A stretch of DNA of 64,000 bases from Patescibacteria group bacterium (GTDB lineage: Bacteria > Patescibacteriota > Minisyncoccia > Ryanbacterales > GWA2-47-10b). A program made the translations under genes and the position numbers. The number at the start of each line of letters is the position of its first letter. Positions within the stretch are counted from its first letter, which is position 1. Location: assembly GCA_038065475.1 (NCBI GenBank), contig JBBTQY010000005.1:2793-66792 (forward strand), given 5' to 3'. Positions 40,699 through 50,548 of the stretch are shown piece by piece. The notes under the pieces are model-generated. The model did not search any database. It had not been told where the DNA came from and saw only the letters and a program-made list of their open reading frames with translations.

Positions 40699-42453
40699 AT
40701 GAGAATCGATTCGGGGCAACTCAAGGCGTTTCTGTTAGATTCGGGGCTTGTCTCCGAAAAAGACATTGACGCCGCACTTAAAAAATCCAAAGAGCAGGAT
40801 TCGCGTCCCGGCGATATTCTTGTCGCTCAAGGGAAGATAACTCAAAAAGACCTCGAGCGTGTATACGGCTACATCCTCGGGATTCCTTTTGTAAATCTTG
40901 AAGGGGAGAAGATTGAGCCCGAAGTGTTGCATATGGTGCCGGAACCCATCGCGCGAGCTCATAACGTTGTCGCCTATAAAAAAACCGGTAAAGATTTGGA
41001 GGTAGCCATGCTTGATCCGGAGGATCTCGAGACTATTGAGTTCATTCACAAAAAATCAGGGCTGACCATCAAGCCGCGCATGACCAACGAGAGCTCGATG
41101 AAATATCTTCTCTCGCTCTATCAAAAGAGTTTGGAGGCGGAGTTCGGCGAGATTATCAAGGGCGAGTCTGATGGTCTCGTCACCAGCGCTGCAGTTGTTA
41201 CAGAGGCGGGAGAGAGTGGTGAAGATCTTGAAAAAGTTGCTCAAGAGTTGCCTATCATCAAGATCGTCGATACTCTCATACGTCACGCGATTTTGCAGAA
41301 AGCGTCCGATATCCATATCGAACCGCTTGAAAACGAATTGTTGGTACGTTATCGCATTGACGGTTTGTTGCGTGATGCGATGGTGTTGCCAAAAAAAATT
41401 GCCTCAGCAGTTATCGCGCGTGTCAAGGTGCTCTCGAGTCTCAAACTCGATGAAAAGCGTTTGCCGCAGGATGGTCGTTTTAAAATCGAATCACCCGAAT
41501 ATAAGTTTTCAACTCGTGTATCGGTGTTGCCGGTTTACGATGGTGAAAAGATCGTCATGCGTTTGTTGCCTGAGAACGCGCGCGGGTTTACTCTCGAATC
41601 GTTGGGTTTTCATGGTGAAGGCCTCGAACTCTTGCATCAGAGCATAAAAAAATCCGTTGGTATGATTTTGGCGACCGGTCCTACGGGTTCGGGTAAGACA
41701 ACGACGCTCTATACTATGATGGATTTGATTAATACTCCCGATGTAAATATTTCTACTGTCGAAGATCCTATTGAGTATCGCATGCCGCGTATCAATCAGA
41801 CACAGGTACGCCCCGACATCGGGTTTACCTTTGCCAACGGGCTTCGTAGTCTCTTGCGTCAAGATCCCGATGTGTTAATGGTAGGTGAAATCCGTGATGC
41901 CGAAACCGCAGGGCTCGCTATCAACGCAGCACTCACTGGTCACCTTGTACTCTCAACACTTCATACGAACTCTGCGGCGGGCGCTCTGCCCCGCCTCATC
42001 GATCTTGGTATTGAACCGTTTCTTATCGCATCAACCGTCAATATTATCATCGCCCAGCGTTTGGTGCGCACGCTCTATAAATCGCGCGAAGAGTATCATC
42101 TCAATAAAGATCAGATAGCTCAGCTCGAAAAGATTATTGATATGGAGCGCATGCTTAAATTTTTGCGTGACGAAAAGATTATCCCACCTCAAGCGAAGAT
42201 AGAAGAGGTTCCCTTTTACAAACCTGTGCCAACGCCCGATGTGCCAGATGGCTATCAGGGGCGTATCGGTGTGCATGAGGTAATGATTGTCACGCCCGCG
42301 ATGCGTGAGATGGTGATAAAGAATGCGAGTGCAGGCGAACTTGATGCGATTGCGCGCAAATCGGGCATGATGAGCATGCTCGAAGACGGCATCTTCAAAG
42401 CGGTACAGGGTATCACGACGGTCGAAGAAGTGCTGCGTGTGACACAAGAATAA
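40699..42453 (+). CDS. pilB: Type IV pilus assembly ATPase PilB/GspE
   Basis: ASDIHIEP, RLPQDGR, GPTGSGKTT, EDPIEY, LRQDPD, GHLVLSTLHTN. Confidence 0.94.
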   Translation: MRIDSGQLKAFLLDSGLVSEKDIDAALKKSKEQDSRPGDILVAQGKITQKDLERVYGYILGIPFVNLEGEKIEPEVLHMVPEPIARAHNVVAYKKTGKDLEVAMLDPEDLETIEFIHKKSGLTIKPRMTNESSMKYLLSLYQKSLEAEFGEIIKGESDGLVTSAAVVTEAGESGEDLEKVAQELPIIKIVDTLIRHAILQKASDIHIEPLENELLVRYRIDGLLRDAMVLPKKIASAVIARVKVLSSLKLDEKRLPQDGRFKIESPEYKFSTRVSVLPVYDGEKIVMRLLPENARGFTLESLGFHGEGLELLHQSIKKSVGMILATGPTGSGKTTTLYTMMDLINTPDVNISTVEDPIEYRMPRINQTQVRPDIGFTFANGLRSLLRQDPDVLMVGEIRDAETAGLAINAALTGHLVLSTLHTNSAAGALPRLIDLGIEPFLIASTVNIIIAQRLVRTLYKSREEYHLNKDQIAQLEKIIDMERMLKFLRDEKIIPPQAKIEEVPFYKPVPTPDVPDGYQGRIGVHEVMIVTPAMREMVIKNASAGELDAIARKSGMMSMLEDGIFKAVQGITTVEEVLRVTQE

Positions 42454-42456
42454 GCC

Positions 42457-43704
42457 ATGGCACGATTTCAATTTCGCGCACGCGATCGCCAAGGTGTCGA
42501 ACAGTCGGGTCTTCGTGAGGCAAATGATCGCTTTGAGCTTGCGCGCTTCTTGCGCACCGAAGGACTTTTGATGCTTGAAGCAAATGAAATAGGATCCGGA
42601 GGTACCGGTTCAGCACCATCAAAGGGGCTCAAAAAAGATATTTCTTTTGATGTCAATAAATATTTACGCCGCGTCACGCTTTCAGATAAGATTGTATTTT
42701 CAAAAAACCTTGCAGTCATGATTGGCGCGGGTTTGCCGCTCACGCGTGCGCTCGATGCACTCTCACGCGAATCTCACAATCCCAAATTTAAGACCGCTAT
42801 TTTAGACATTGAAGATCAGATCAGGCAGGGTAAGACATTTGCTGAATCTCTCAATAAGCATCCAAAAATTTTCCCGCCACTCTATATTTCAATGGTTGAA
42901 GCGGGTGAAAAATCAGGAAAACTCAGAGAATCACTTACTATCTTGGCGTCGCAGATGCAGGCAGATTATGACTTGGTACATAAGGTGAGGGGGGCGATGA
43001 TGTACCCATCGATCATTTTGGCGGCGATGCTCCTCATCGGTACGCTTATGATTATCTATGTTGTGCCGACGCTCAGCGCCGTGTTTAAAGAGCTTAACGT
43101 TGAGCTACCTGCTTCCACGCAGTTTATTATCAGTCTCTCTGATTTTTTTATTAATCATTTTATTTTGGTGATTACTGGGTTTATAGCTTTTGTTATAGGT
43201 ATTATTGCGTTTTTGCGCACCACTTTCGGCAAGCATTTGATGGATAATGTAATCATTCGCATCCCAGTGATCGGCCCACTCGCCAAAAAATTCAATGCCG
43301 CCCGCGCTTCACGTACCCTTTCCTCTCTTTTGTCATCAGGTGTACAGGTCATGGAAGCGCTCGAAATCTCTGCGCGTGTTGTGCAAAATCATTTGTACGC
43401 GTCTACGCTCATTGATGCGAAAAAATCGATCCAAAAAGGCGAGACCATATCAAAAGTTTTTTTGGCAAACGAACAATTATATCCGTCGCTGGTAGGCGAG
43501 ATGCTCTCAGTGGGTGAAGAGACAGGTGAGAGCTCGCGCATGTTGGGAGAGGTCGCGTCATTCTACGAACAACAGGTAGCCGATGCCACAAAAGATCTCT
43601 CAACGATCATTGAGCCAGTGCTCATGATTGTTATTGGCGCCGTTGTAGGCTTTTTTGCTGTTTCAATGATTACGCCGATGTATTCTCTGGTGGGAGCTAT
43701 CTGA
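42457..43704 (+). CDS. pilC: Type IV pilus platform protein PilC/GspF
   Basis: Two T2SSF repeats, AGEKSGKL, AMMYP, VGEETG, IIEP. Confidence 0.93.
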   Translation: MARFQFRARDRQGVEQSGLREANDRFELARFLRTEGLLMLEANEIGSGGTGSAPSKGLKKDISFDVNKYLRRVTLSDKIVFSKNLAVMIGAGLPLTRALDALSRESHNPKFKTAILDIEDQIRQGKTFAESLNKHPKIFPPLYISMVEAGEKSGKLRESLTILASQMQADYDLVHKVRGAMMYPSIILAAMLLIGTLMIIYVVPTLSAVFKELNVELPASTQFIISLSDFFINHFILVITGFIAFVIGIIAFLRTTFGKHLMDNVIIRIPVIGPLAKKFNAARASRTLSSLLSSGVQVMEALEISARVVQNHLYASTLIDAKKSIQKGETISKVFLANEQLYPSLVGEMLSVGEETGESSRMLGEVASFYEQQVADATKDLSTIIEPVLMIVIGAVVGFFAVSMITPMYSLVGAI

Positions 43705-43705
43705 T

Positions 43706-44302
43706 ATGCGTCGCGCATTTACCATAGTAGAGCTTCTTATCGTAGTCGGCATCGTAGGTCTTTTGGCAGCACTTCTCATACCGGTTTTTGGGACGTGGCG
43801 TGAACGGAGTGTTGTGCGATCTGCCGCACGCGATATCGAAAGTATTTTAAAGCTCGCACGTTCAAAGTCTCTTGCGTCTGAGGGAGGTGCAAAATATGGA
43901 GTGCTTTTTTATGATGGTGCTGCAAACTTTTCTCTTTGTAAGAATCCTGCCTATATTCCCGATCCGGTTGTTCCCAGTTCTTACAATGTGTATTCGTGTG
44001 GCACGCTTATCAATAGCCATACTCTCGGTAGCTCGCTTTCTTTTTGTGCTCCTTACACATCGAGTACCGAGCTTAAAAGTCTTGCTCCCGGTTGGGCGGT
44101 TGTACCCGGAGTTTTTTTCTCAAAACTAACAGGTGAGTATGAAAATATCGATCCTGCCTCTACCGAAGGTGTGATTTACTTCTATAATAAGAATAAGATT
44201 GCGAGTCCCTGCGGTGATCAACCCGCACTTGATGCGTGTCTTGCTGCAAAAACATGTGGGGGAGTCGTCATCACCAAGTCAGGCGTGATTTATGAAAAGT
44301 AA
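43706..44302 (+). CDS. Minor pilin, FimT/FimU/GspH-like (module 1)
   Basis: A|FTIVELLIVV; LKLARSKSLAS...YGV; ITKSGVI C-terminus. Confidence 0.8.
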   Translation: MRRAFTIVELLIVVGIVGLLAALLIPVFGTWRERSVVRSAARDIESILKLARSKSLASEGGAKYGVLFYDGAANFSLCKNPAYIPDPVVPSSYNVYSCGTLINSHTLGSSLSFCAPYTSSTELKSLAPGWAVVPGVFFSKLTGEYENIDPASTEGVIYFYNKNKIASPCGDQPALDACLAAKTCGGVVITKSGVIYEK

Positions 44303-44789
44303 TATACAACGCGGATTTTTATTTCTCGAACTTTTAGTAGCGGTAGCGCTTATCTCTACTGTTTTTGTGACGCTCTTTTTTTTGCAGTCAAAACTTTTGC
44401 AGATCAAGCAAGATGGCATCATGAAAGTACGCGCAACATACTACGCAGAAGAAGCTATCGAGGCGCTTCGGTATGCGCGCAACGCTAACGGATGGAATGC
44501 GATCTCAAGTCTTTCCAATAATCCTACGACATATTATGTGTCGCTCGTCAGTAATGTTTGGGTAATCAATACAACGGCCGTATCACCTGATGCACCTGCC
44601 AATCTTTTTGCGCGAACCATTCAGCTTGAAGCCGTCAATCGTCAGGGCGATCAGCAAGGGGCGATCGATCCCGCAGGTAGTTATGCTGACTCGGGTACAC
44701 GTAAAGTGACTGTGACGGTGAGCTGGGATAGTGGTGCCAAGCAGGTCGTGCTTGATACGTATCTTACTGACTGGGCATCAAGTCTATGA
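44292..44789 (+). CDS. Minor pilin, PilV-like (module 1)
   Basis: G|FLFLELLVAV; A..YAEEAIEALR; RKVTVTVSW. Confidence 0.8.
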   Translation: MKSNIQRGFLFLELLVAVALISTVFVTLFFLQSKLLQIKQDGIMKVRATYYAEEAIEALRYARNANGWNAISSLSNNPTTYYVSLVSNVWVINTTAVSPDAPANLFARTIQLEAVNRQGDQQGAIDPAGSYADSGTRKVTVTVSWDSGAKQVVLDTYLTDWASSL

Positions 44790-45319
44790 AGAATCGCGCC
44801 TTTACTCTTATTGAGCTTTTGGTATACGTAGGAGTGCTCATATTGGTGCTCGGAACTATTTTCTTTTTTATCGTTAATATTGTAAGCAACGAACGATCGA
44901 TCGGAGATCGTGTACGCATGATGGATGAAGCAGATTTTGTTATGCGCCAAGTGATCGACCAAACGCGCGGAGCAAAATCAATCGACCGGTCAACACAATT
45001 TGCGGCCGGTGGTAATGGAGGTCAACTCGCACTCATCAAAACCAGCTCAACGGTAAATTTTTATGTTGATGTCTCCGATCCGTTACAGCCAAAGTTGATG
45101 ATGGTGGACAGCGTAGATCCCAGCTACATACGCACTCTTACCTCTCCGCGTGTAGCAGTTGATATATTTGCGCTCACCTGTGTTGGTAGTCCGAGCTCCG
45201 CGTGTGCCGCCCTACCGACCTCCGATCCGCAAGGTGTACGCATCACCCTTGGTCTTCGCGATGTTACTACAAATCAGTCCACGGTTATTACTACCAGTGC
45301 TACACCACGCGGCTATTGA
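44786..45319 (+). CDS. Minor pilin, PilW-like (module 1)
   Basis: A|FTLIELLVYV; C-terminal VRITL...TSATPR. Confidence 0.8.
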   Translation: MKNRAFTLIELLVYVGVLILVLGTIFFFIVNIVSNERSIGDRVRMMDEADFVMRQVIDQTRGAKSIDRSTQFAAGGNGGQLALIKTSSTVNFYVDVSDPLQPKLMMVDSVDPSYIRTLTSPRVAVDIFALTCVGSPSSACAALPTSDPQGVRITLGLRDVTTNQSTVITTSATPRGY

Positions 45320-45321
45320 TC

Positions 45322-48150
45322 ATGAAATATAACGGATACAACAAAGGACTTGCAGCACTGACGACAACCGTTATCGTGCTTGTTGTTTTGGTCATACTTA
45401 TCGCAAGCTACGGGCTTATTACTTCGAGTGCCGCGCGACAATTTTCAAACGTATATCAATCAGCAAAATCGTTTTATGTCTCTGAGGCAGGTATTGAAGA
45501 TGGTCTCGCGCGATATCTGCGCTCAGGCGGCACGGTTACTGGTAGCTGGACACTCGCGAGTCTTTCATCGGGTACGACCGATGTTGCGATCAACGTAAGC
45601 ACACAGGCGACCCTCACGAGTGCAGGTGATGTAGGTACGCGCCAGCGCAGTATTCAGGTAACGATCAACCAAAACCCTATCTATACTTACGCGGGCATTA
45701 TAGGAGACGGTGGTCTTTGGATGTCAGATAGAACCGATATCAAGTGTGTGAGTGGTTCAGGTTGTAAGGGGGTTGATGAGGCGGGAGACGCCGGTACCAT
45801 TTGGGTCAACGGCCCGATTTGGGCCAACGGTACCGATGCGAGCGGCAAGTACGGATCTGGATCTGGTGACGCTCGTATCGTTGGACATGCGTATACTATT
45901 GGCAAAGTAGATATCCGACCATCTGAGAAAAAAGAGCCAAGCCCAAATACTGCCGAGCATAAGTTTGTATGTTTGGGGGTCGGTATTACCGATAGTGCAT
46001 GTACCATCAAAGCAACGGCTATCGCTCAAAAAGTTCGTATCCATGAAGGTGACAATATAACAAAGCGTTTTGGGTTTCGTATTGCGTATCATGGCAATGC
46101 GCATCAATTGCCAGGTACAAAGGCCTATCCAGTGCGACAGTCAGGGAGTGTTTGGGAATTTCCTCAGCGCATAAAACTTGATGCTGATATTGGAACCACA
46201 GCGCAAGATGAACGGCTATTTGCAAAATTTAAGATTGATACCAACCACGATGGTGTAGGGGAGACATTGCCAGCTGATACTCCCGATTGGGTATATTTCA
46301 GTGTACCGAGCGGCGGGCTTGCAGAAGTCGATGATGATGAGTCGGTATATATCGTGTTGCAGGCAGAGTCGTCGGGCGGTGACGCAAATAGTTATTATAA
46401 AATTTATTATGATGACAGCTCAGCGCCCGGATATATTCATACCGGCGGACAAGGGCAGTATATTACCAGCGGTACTTTTTGTCCGCCATCAGGTGCTTCT
46501 GATGATTGCTATTCAACATTGACGAGTGCGAGTACGCCAAAATTGCAAGATGACCAAGGAAATGACCGCGCCGATTTTCATTTTCGTCTTTACTCGCTTG
46601 GTTCGGAAGATGATGATTACGAACATTCATTGCAAGTGTTTGGTGAGCTTCATGCTGATGAGGCGATCGGCGCAACGGTTGTGGGTGAAGGATCTTCAGC
46701 TTCAAATAAAGATATAGCTTTTGTTGGGCGTCGTTTCGCATCTGCCTTTTGGAAAGATCGTAATGCAAACCATATGATTTGGGGATATAGTTTTGTCCAA
46801 CAGCTTGATAATTGTGATTTGGGTGGTGCGGGCACCGAGACCGTGGGAGACGATCTGGAGACGCGCCGTGGGTATCGCACGTTTTGTGATTCACAGGTAC
46901 GCAACGTACAAGATCCATCAAGTTTAAAATATGGTGGTTCTAATCAACGTCGTTTCTCAAACGGTGCCGCCTACCCAGTGCTGACTGGTTTTTATTGCAA
47001 TCCGTATAAAAATGCAAACAATGTCGAGTACGGTGGCAATCAAAATTCTTGCGTTCAAGATACCAATGGCGCGAGCGGGCTCGATCCCAACGGCCGCACC
47101 CCGTACCAGTTCAATGCACTTGCCAATTCAAGCGGTCGTGGGTGTTATGTCGCATGCGGATCCGGATTAAATAGTAGCTGCGGCGCACAAGATATTTTTA
47201 AAACACATTATGTATATCCCAGCCCCGATGCAGGTGCGTATGGTGAGCATCCATATAATTTTTGTAAGTATGCGGGCGGCACGCTCGATGAAGGATACGC
47301 GAGCGAGGCAGCTTTTAAATCTATGCTTGCGAGTGTGTATGGCATTGCAGCTGATGTACAAGATCTTTATCTTCCCAAGGCGCCGCCGCCAAAGGGCCCA
47401 TGGCCAATTTCTGATACAAAGATCAATGGGTGGGTTAGTTCTCTTTTTACCAATACTGCTCTCACAGACGGAAGCGCGGGAGATGATACTATTGGAGACA
47501 ATGCTTATACAATTAGGTCTTCACGCTCATGGCCTCCCGCAGGACAATCGACAGCGCCTGTAAAGATTACCGGTAATCTCGTCATTCGCAACGGTGCAAA
47601 ATTAACTCTCAACAAGGGCGCACATATTTATGTGACGGGTAACTTGCATCTTGTTGACGACCCTAACAAACTAGGAGGTACCATAGAAATGAACAATTCA
47701 AGTGGTGCGTCTGGTTGGGATGCTAATAATGTTGGTTTGGTAATAGTCGACGGTTTTGTAGATACCGAGAGTGATACTCAGCTTCTTGGTGGTAGTAAGT
47801 CACAAGATGAATATATGCTGGTTATTTCGCGCTCGACCAATATGGGCGAATTTGATCCTTATGATTGGGCGGCAGGAGGTGTACCGGCTGCGACTGAGTA
47901 CGACAAGGCAGCGATTTATGCACTGAGTCATCAAGACGATGGGGCCACGGTATCGTATTATGCTCCCTACGGTTCGGTGGTACTAGAGAATGACAGCAGC
48001 AGACCAAATGCTATGCAGATTGCAGCACGTAAATTGGTAATGCGAAGAGACACAGAGATATCATATGATTATGGTGTGCTCGATATGGTTTTCCCTGGGG
48101 GACCCGCGAGCGCTACCGGAATAAGTGACTATGATGAAATCGCGCCATAA
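45322..48150 (+). CDS. Giant PilX-like minor pilin/adhesin (module 1)
   Basis: KG|LAALTT (no Glu5), SFYVSEAGIEDGL PilX motif, large Cys-rich insert, C-terminal beta-helix-like region (YYAPYGSV). Confidence 0.8.
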   Translation: MKYNGYNKGLAALTTTVIVLVVLVILIASYGLITSSAARQFSNVYQSAKSFYVSEAGIEDGLARYLRSGGTVTGSWTLASLSSGTTDVAINVSTQATLTSAGDVGTRQRSIQVTINQNPIYTYAGIIGDGGLWMSDRTDIKCVSGSGCKGVDEAGDAGTIWVNGPIWANGTDASGKYGSGSGDARIVGHAYTIGKVDIRPSEKKEPSPNTAEHKFVCLGVGITDSACTIKATAIAQKVRIHEGDNITKRFGFRIAYHGNAHQLPGTKAYPVRQSGSVWEFPQRIKLDADIGTTAQDERLFAKFKIDTNHDGVGETLPADTPDWVYFSVPSGGLAEVDDDESVYIVLQAESSGGDANSYYKIYYDDSSAPGYIHTGGQGQYITSGTFCPPSGASDDCYSTLTSASTPKLQDDQGNDRADFHFRLYSLGSEDDDYEHSLQVFGELHADEAIGATVVGEGSSASNKDIAFVGRRFASAFWKDRNANHMIWGYSFVQQLDNCDLGGAGTETVGDDLETRRGYRTFCDSQVRNVQDPSSLKYGGSNQRRFSNGAAYPVLTGFYCNPYKNANNVEYGGNQNSCVQDTNGASGLDPNGRTPYQFNALANSSGRGCYVACGSGLNSSCGAQDIFKTHYVYPSPDAGAYGEHPYNFCKYAGGTLDEGYASEAAFKSMLASVYGIAADVQDLYLPKAPPPKGPWPISDTKINGWVSSLFTNTALTDGSAGDDTIGDNAYTIRSSRSWPPAGQSTAPVKITGNLVIRNGAKLTLNKGAHIYVTGNLHLVDDPNKLGGTIEMNNSSGASGWDANNVGLVIVDGFVDTESDTQLLGGSKSQDEYMLVISRSTNMGEFDPYDWAAGGVPAATEYDKAAIYALSHQDDGATVSYYAPYGSVVLENDSSRPNAMQIAARKLVMRRDTEISYDYGVLDMVFPGGPASATGISDYDEIAP

Positions 48151-48700
48151 TTATTATCTCGCAAAAGGCGTTTCTCTTATGGAGGCTGTAGTTGTGATGG
48201 CAATTTTTGCCGTTATCGTGGGTATCGTTGTTGTATCATATAGAAATTTTCTTGATGCCCAGCGATTGAACGCGGGGGTGGAGGGGACGATCTCAATGAT
48301 TCAAAAGGCTCGAGAACGAACACTTTCTTCTCGTGATGAAAGTGTTGGTGGTACTGGCAGACAGTATGGCGTGAGGTTTAATGCATATACGGTTGGTACC
48401 TTGCCAAACACGGTACAACTTCTCGATAAGACTACCGGGCTCGAGGCGGAAGACTCCGGAAGCCCGGGTCCCAAGGAAGAGACAAGATTTGCTATGCCGG
48501 CGGGAGTAAACATACAGACGGTATCCATCTTTCCCGCAGTAGTAGGAAATTTTGATATTTACTTCAAGCGTATTAGTGGTGATGTTACCAATTCTGCCAA
48601 CTCAGCGCTGTTTGCTGCAATTATCCAAATTCAGTCGAAAAATTCTGGTAAGTATAAAAGTATTACCGTTTATTCGACAGGTGTCGTCGAGGTTCAGTAA
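48131..48700 (+). CDS. Minor pilin, FimT/FimU-like (module 2)
   Basis: G|VSLMEAVVV; IQKARERTLSS...YGV; VYSTGVV. Confidence 0.78.
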   Translation: MMKSRHNYYLAKGVSLMEAVVVMAIFAVIVGIVVVSYRNFLDAQRLNAGVEGTISMIQKARERTLSSRDESVGGTGRQYGVRFNAYTVGTLPNTVQLLDKTTGLEAEDSGSPGPKEETRFAMPAGVNIQTVSIFPAVVGNFDIYFKRISGDVTNSANSALFAAIIQIQSKNSGKYKSITVYSTGVVEVQ

Positions 48701-48741
48701 TATACCATTCTCAGAAGGGGCACAGCTGGTATAATAAAACC

Positions 48742-50007
48742 ATGCAAAGCTTGCGTGGTTTTTCTTTGGTAGAGGTTCTGGTTGCGATAGGTATTTTTGT
48801 TGCAGTTGCTATTTCATTTTTTGGAGCGACCGTTATCGCATTTGACGCCGCTTCACAAGCGGGAGACAAGATTGAGGCAGCTTTTCTTCTTGAAGAAGGT
48901 GTTGAGGCAGTAAAATTTATGCGCGATTCAAGTTGGCTGACCAATATTGCTCCGCAAGATATTTTTTATGAACAATGCCTCCGGGTAGAAAATACGACGC
49001 CCCCGGCCGCTCCAGGTGTGCAATTCACAACCAAACCCGTTGGGCTCAAGTTTTTGATGCATATGGATGCGACAGGAGGAACTGCGACTGTGGCGAGCGA
49101 CTCTTCGGGGGGCAATCATCACGGTATTATTCATCCTTCTGTTATCGTCAATGGTACTTTTGTTGGCCCTCGATACACAGCATTTAATTTCAACGGGGTG
49201 CAATCTATAGAGATCCCAGCTCATACTGATTTTACAAACCTCGGTTCTTTTACTGTTTCTGCATGGGTGAAGACTGCCAATGCAGGCTCAGGGTTGAGGC
49301 GAATTGTCTCTCAACAGTTTCTAACTAACTACTGGTATCTTGGTTTAAGAGATAACATTATCGAATTTGGTTCTTCCAACGATGCTCTCCAAATAACTAA
49401 AGGGTCTGCAATCAGTAGCAATCCTCCTGTCTGGCACCATGTTGCCGTCATCAGAGATATCGCGAGTCCATCCAAGAAGCTTTATTGGTATTTGGACGGT
49501 GTTTTAATAGGTTCCGAAGATATTTCAAGTACAGCGGTTTACAATATGAGTACCGCGCAGATTTTTATTGGAGGCAGAAATTTTGTGGGAAATAACTGTA
49601 CATTGAATTGTTACAACGGAGATTTGGATGAAGTTTCTCTCTATGATCGCGCACTCAGCTCTCTCGAGATTGAGTTATTGGCAAAACACAATATTCCCGC
49701 ATGTGGTTCTGAGCTCGGTTCTTTTATTCGTTCTGTACGCTTTACCAATGTATGCCGCACTGAGAGCGCGCAATCTATCCACGGCATTGCATACGCTGTT
49801 GATGATATTGTTGGTACAACGACTGCCACAACACTCGGCGATAATCTTTGTGGTTTTCCGGGGGCTCTCGCAAATAGCACGACGCTCGATCTCGATACGA
49901 AATATGCGCGTGTACGCACCGCATGGAAAAGAAAAGATAAATTCTTTGAAGAGGCAACAGAGTTCTATTTTGCTAATCTTTTTTCAGAAAGCAATGGAAA
50001 CAATTAA
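48742..50007 (+). CDS. PilV-like minor pilin with inserted LamG/ConA domain (module 2)
   Basis: G|FSLVEVLV, FLLEEGVEAVKFMRD; LamG motifs FTVSAWVK, WHHVAV, GDLDEVSLYDRALS. Confidence 0.85.
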   Translation: MQSLRGFSLVEVLVAIGIFVAVAISFFGATVIAFDAASQAGDKIEAAFLLEEGVEAVKFMRDSSWLTNIAPQDIFYEQCLRVENTTPPAAPGVQFTTKPVGLKFLMHMDATGGTATVASDSSGGNHHGIIHPSVIVNGTFVGPRYTAFNFNGVQSIEIPAHTDFTNLGSFTVSAWVKTANAGSGLRRIVSQQFLTNYWYLGLRDNIIEFGSSNDALQITKGSAISSNPPVWHHVAVIRDIASPSKKLYWYLDGVLIGSEDISSTAVYNMSTAQIFIGGRNFVGNNCTLNCYNGDLDEVSLYDRALSSLEIELLAKHNIPACGSELGSFIRSVRFTNVCRTESAQSIHGIAYAVDDIVGTTTATTLGDNLCGFPGALANSTTLDLDTKYARVRTAWKRKDKFFEEATEFYFANLFSESNGNN

Positions 50008-50548
50008 GCTCCTCCCCGTAAAGTCTTTGCGGATAAAAAGCGGGCAAGCGGGATCTACGTTGTTTGAGGTTCTGGTATACGTCGCTATTTTTGTTCTCAT
50101 GAGTATCGCCGTCGCTCGAGGGTTTGGGCAGGCAGGAAGTCTTTTTACGGTATCGCGCAATGAACGCCGCGCGTCGAGTGTTGCTCAGGTGACGCTCGAT
50201 CGAATTGTCCGCGAGATACGTCTTGCCTGTGACGTCGAGAGTGTTACGCCGACGAGCATTCAACTGCGTTCCTATAGTGATTTTGAGCCCGCCACAGGGC
50301 AGGCTTGTAATACTTCAAAAACCATTAGCCTTGCGTCCCAGCGAATCTCACTCAATGGAGTACCGTTGACGCCTCTCGGAGGCGTCAGTATCAATGCGCT
50401 TCAGTTCCAATCAGTCGTGATGCCCGCGAATTTTGCGGGGTCACAAGCGGTACGTGTCGGTATTTCGGTGATTGCAGGATCGGGAAGCGGGCAGATTTCT
50501 CGGATGTATTATGCGACAGCGGTTTTGCGCCAAAGCTATGCTCAATAA
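49994..50548 (+). CDS. Minor pilin, PilW-like (module 2)
   Basis: G|STLFEVLVYV; LDRIVREIRLA; YYATAVLR. Confidence 0.78.
   Translation: METIKLLPVKSLRIKSGQAGSTLFEVLVYVAIFVLMSIAVARGFGQAGSLFTVSRNERRASSVAQVTLDRIVREIRLACDVESVTPTSIQLRSYSDFEPATGQACNTSKTISLASQRISLNGVPLTPLGGVSINALQFQSVVMPANFAGSQAVRVGISVIAGSGSGQISRMYYATAVLRQSYAQ

Noticed and set aside
45202-50537. Long 5' extensions of track ORFs 45202, 49628 and 50472
   Set aside because: Prepilin signals place the true starts at 45322, 49994 and 50538; the extensions overlap upstream genes.
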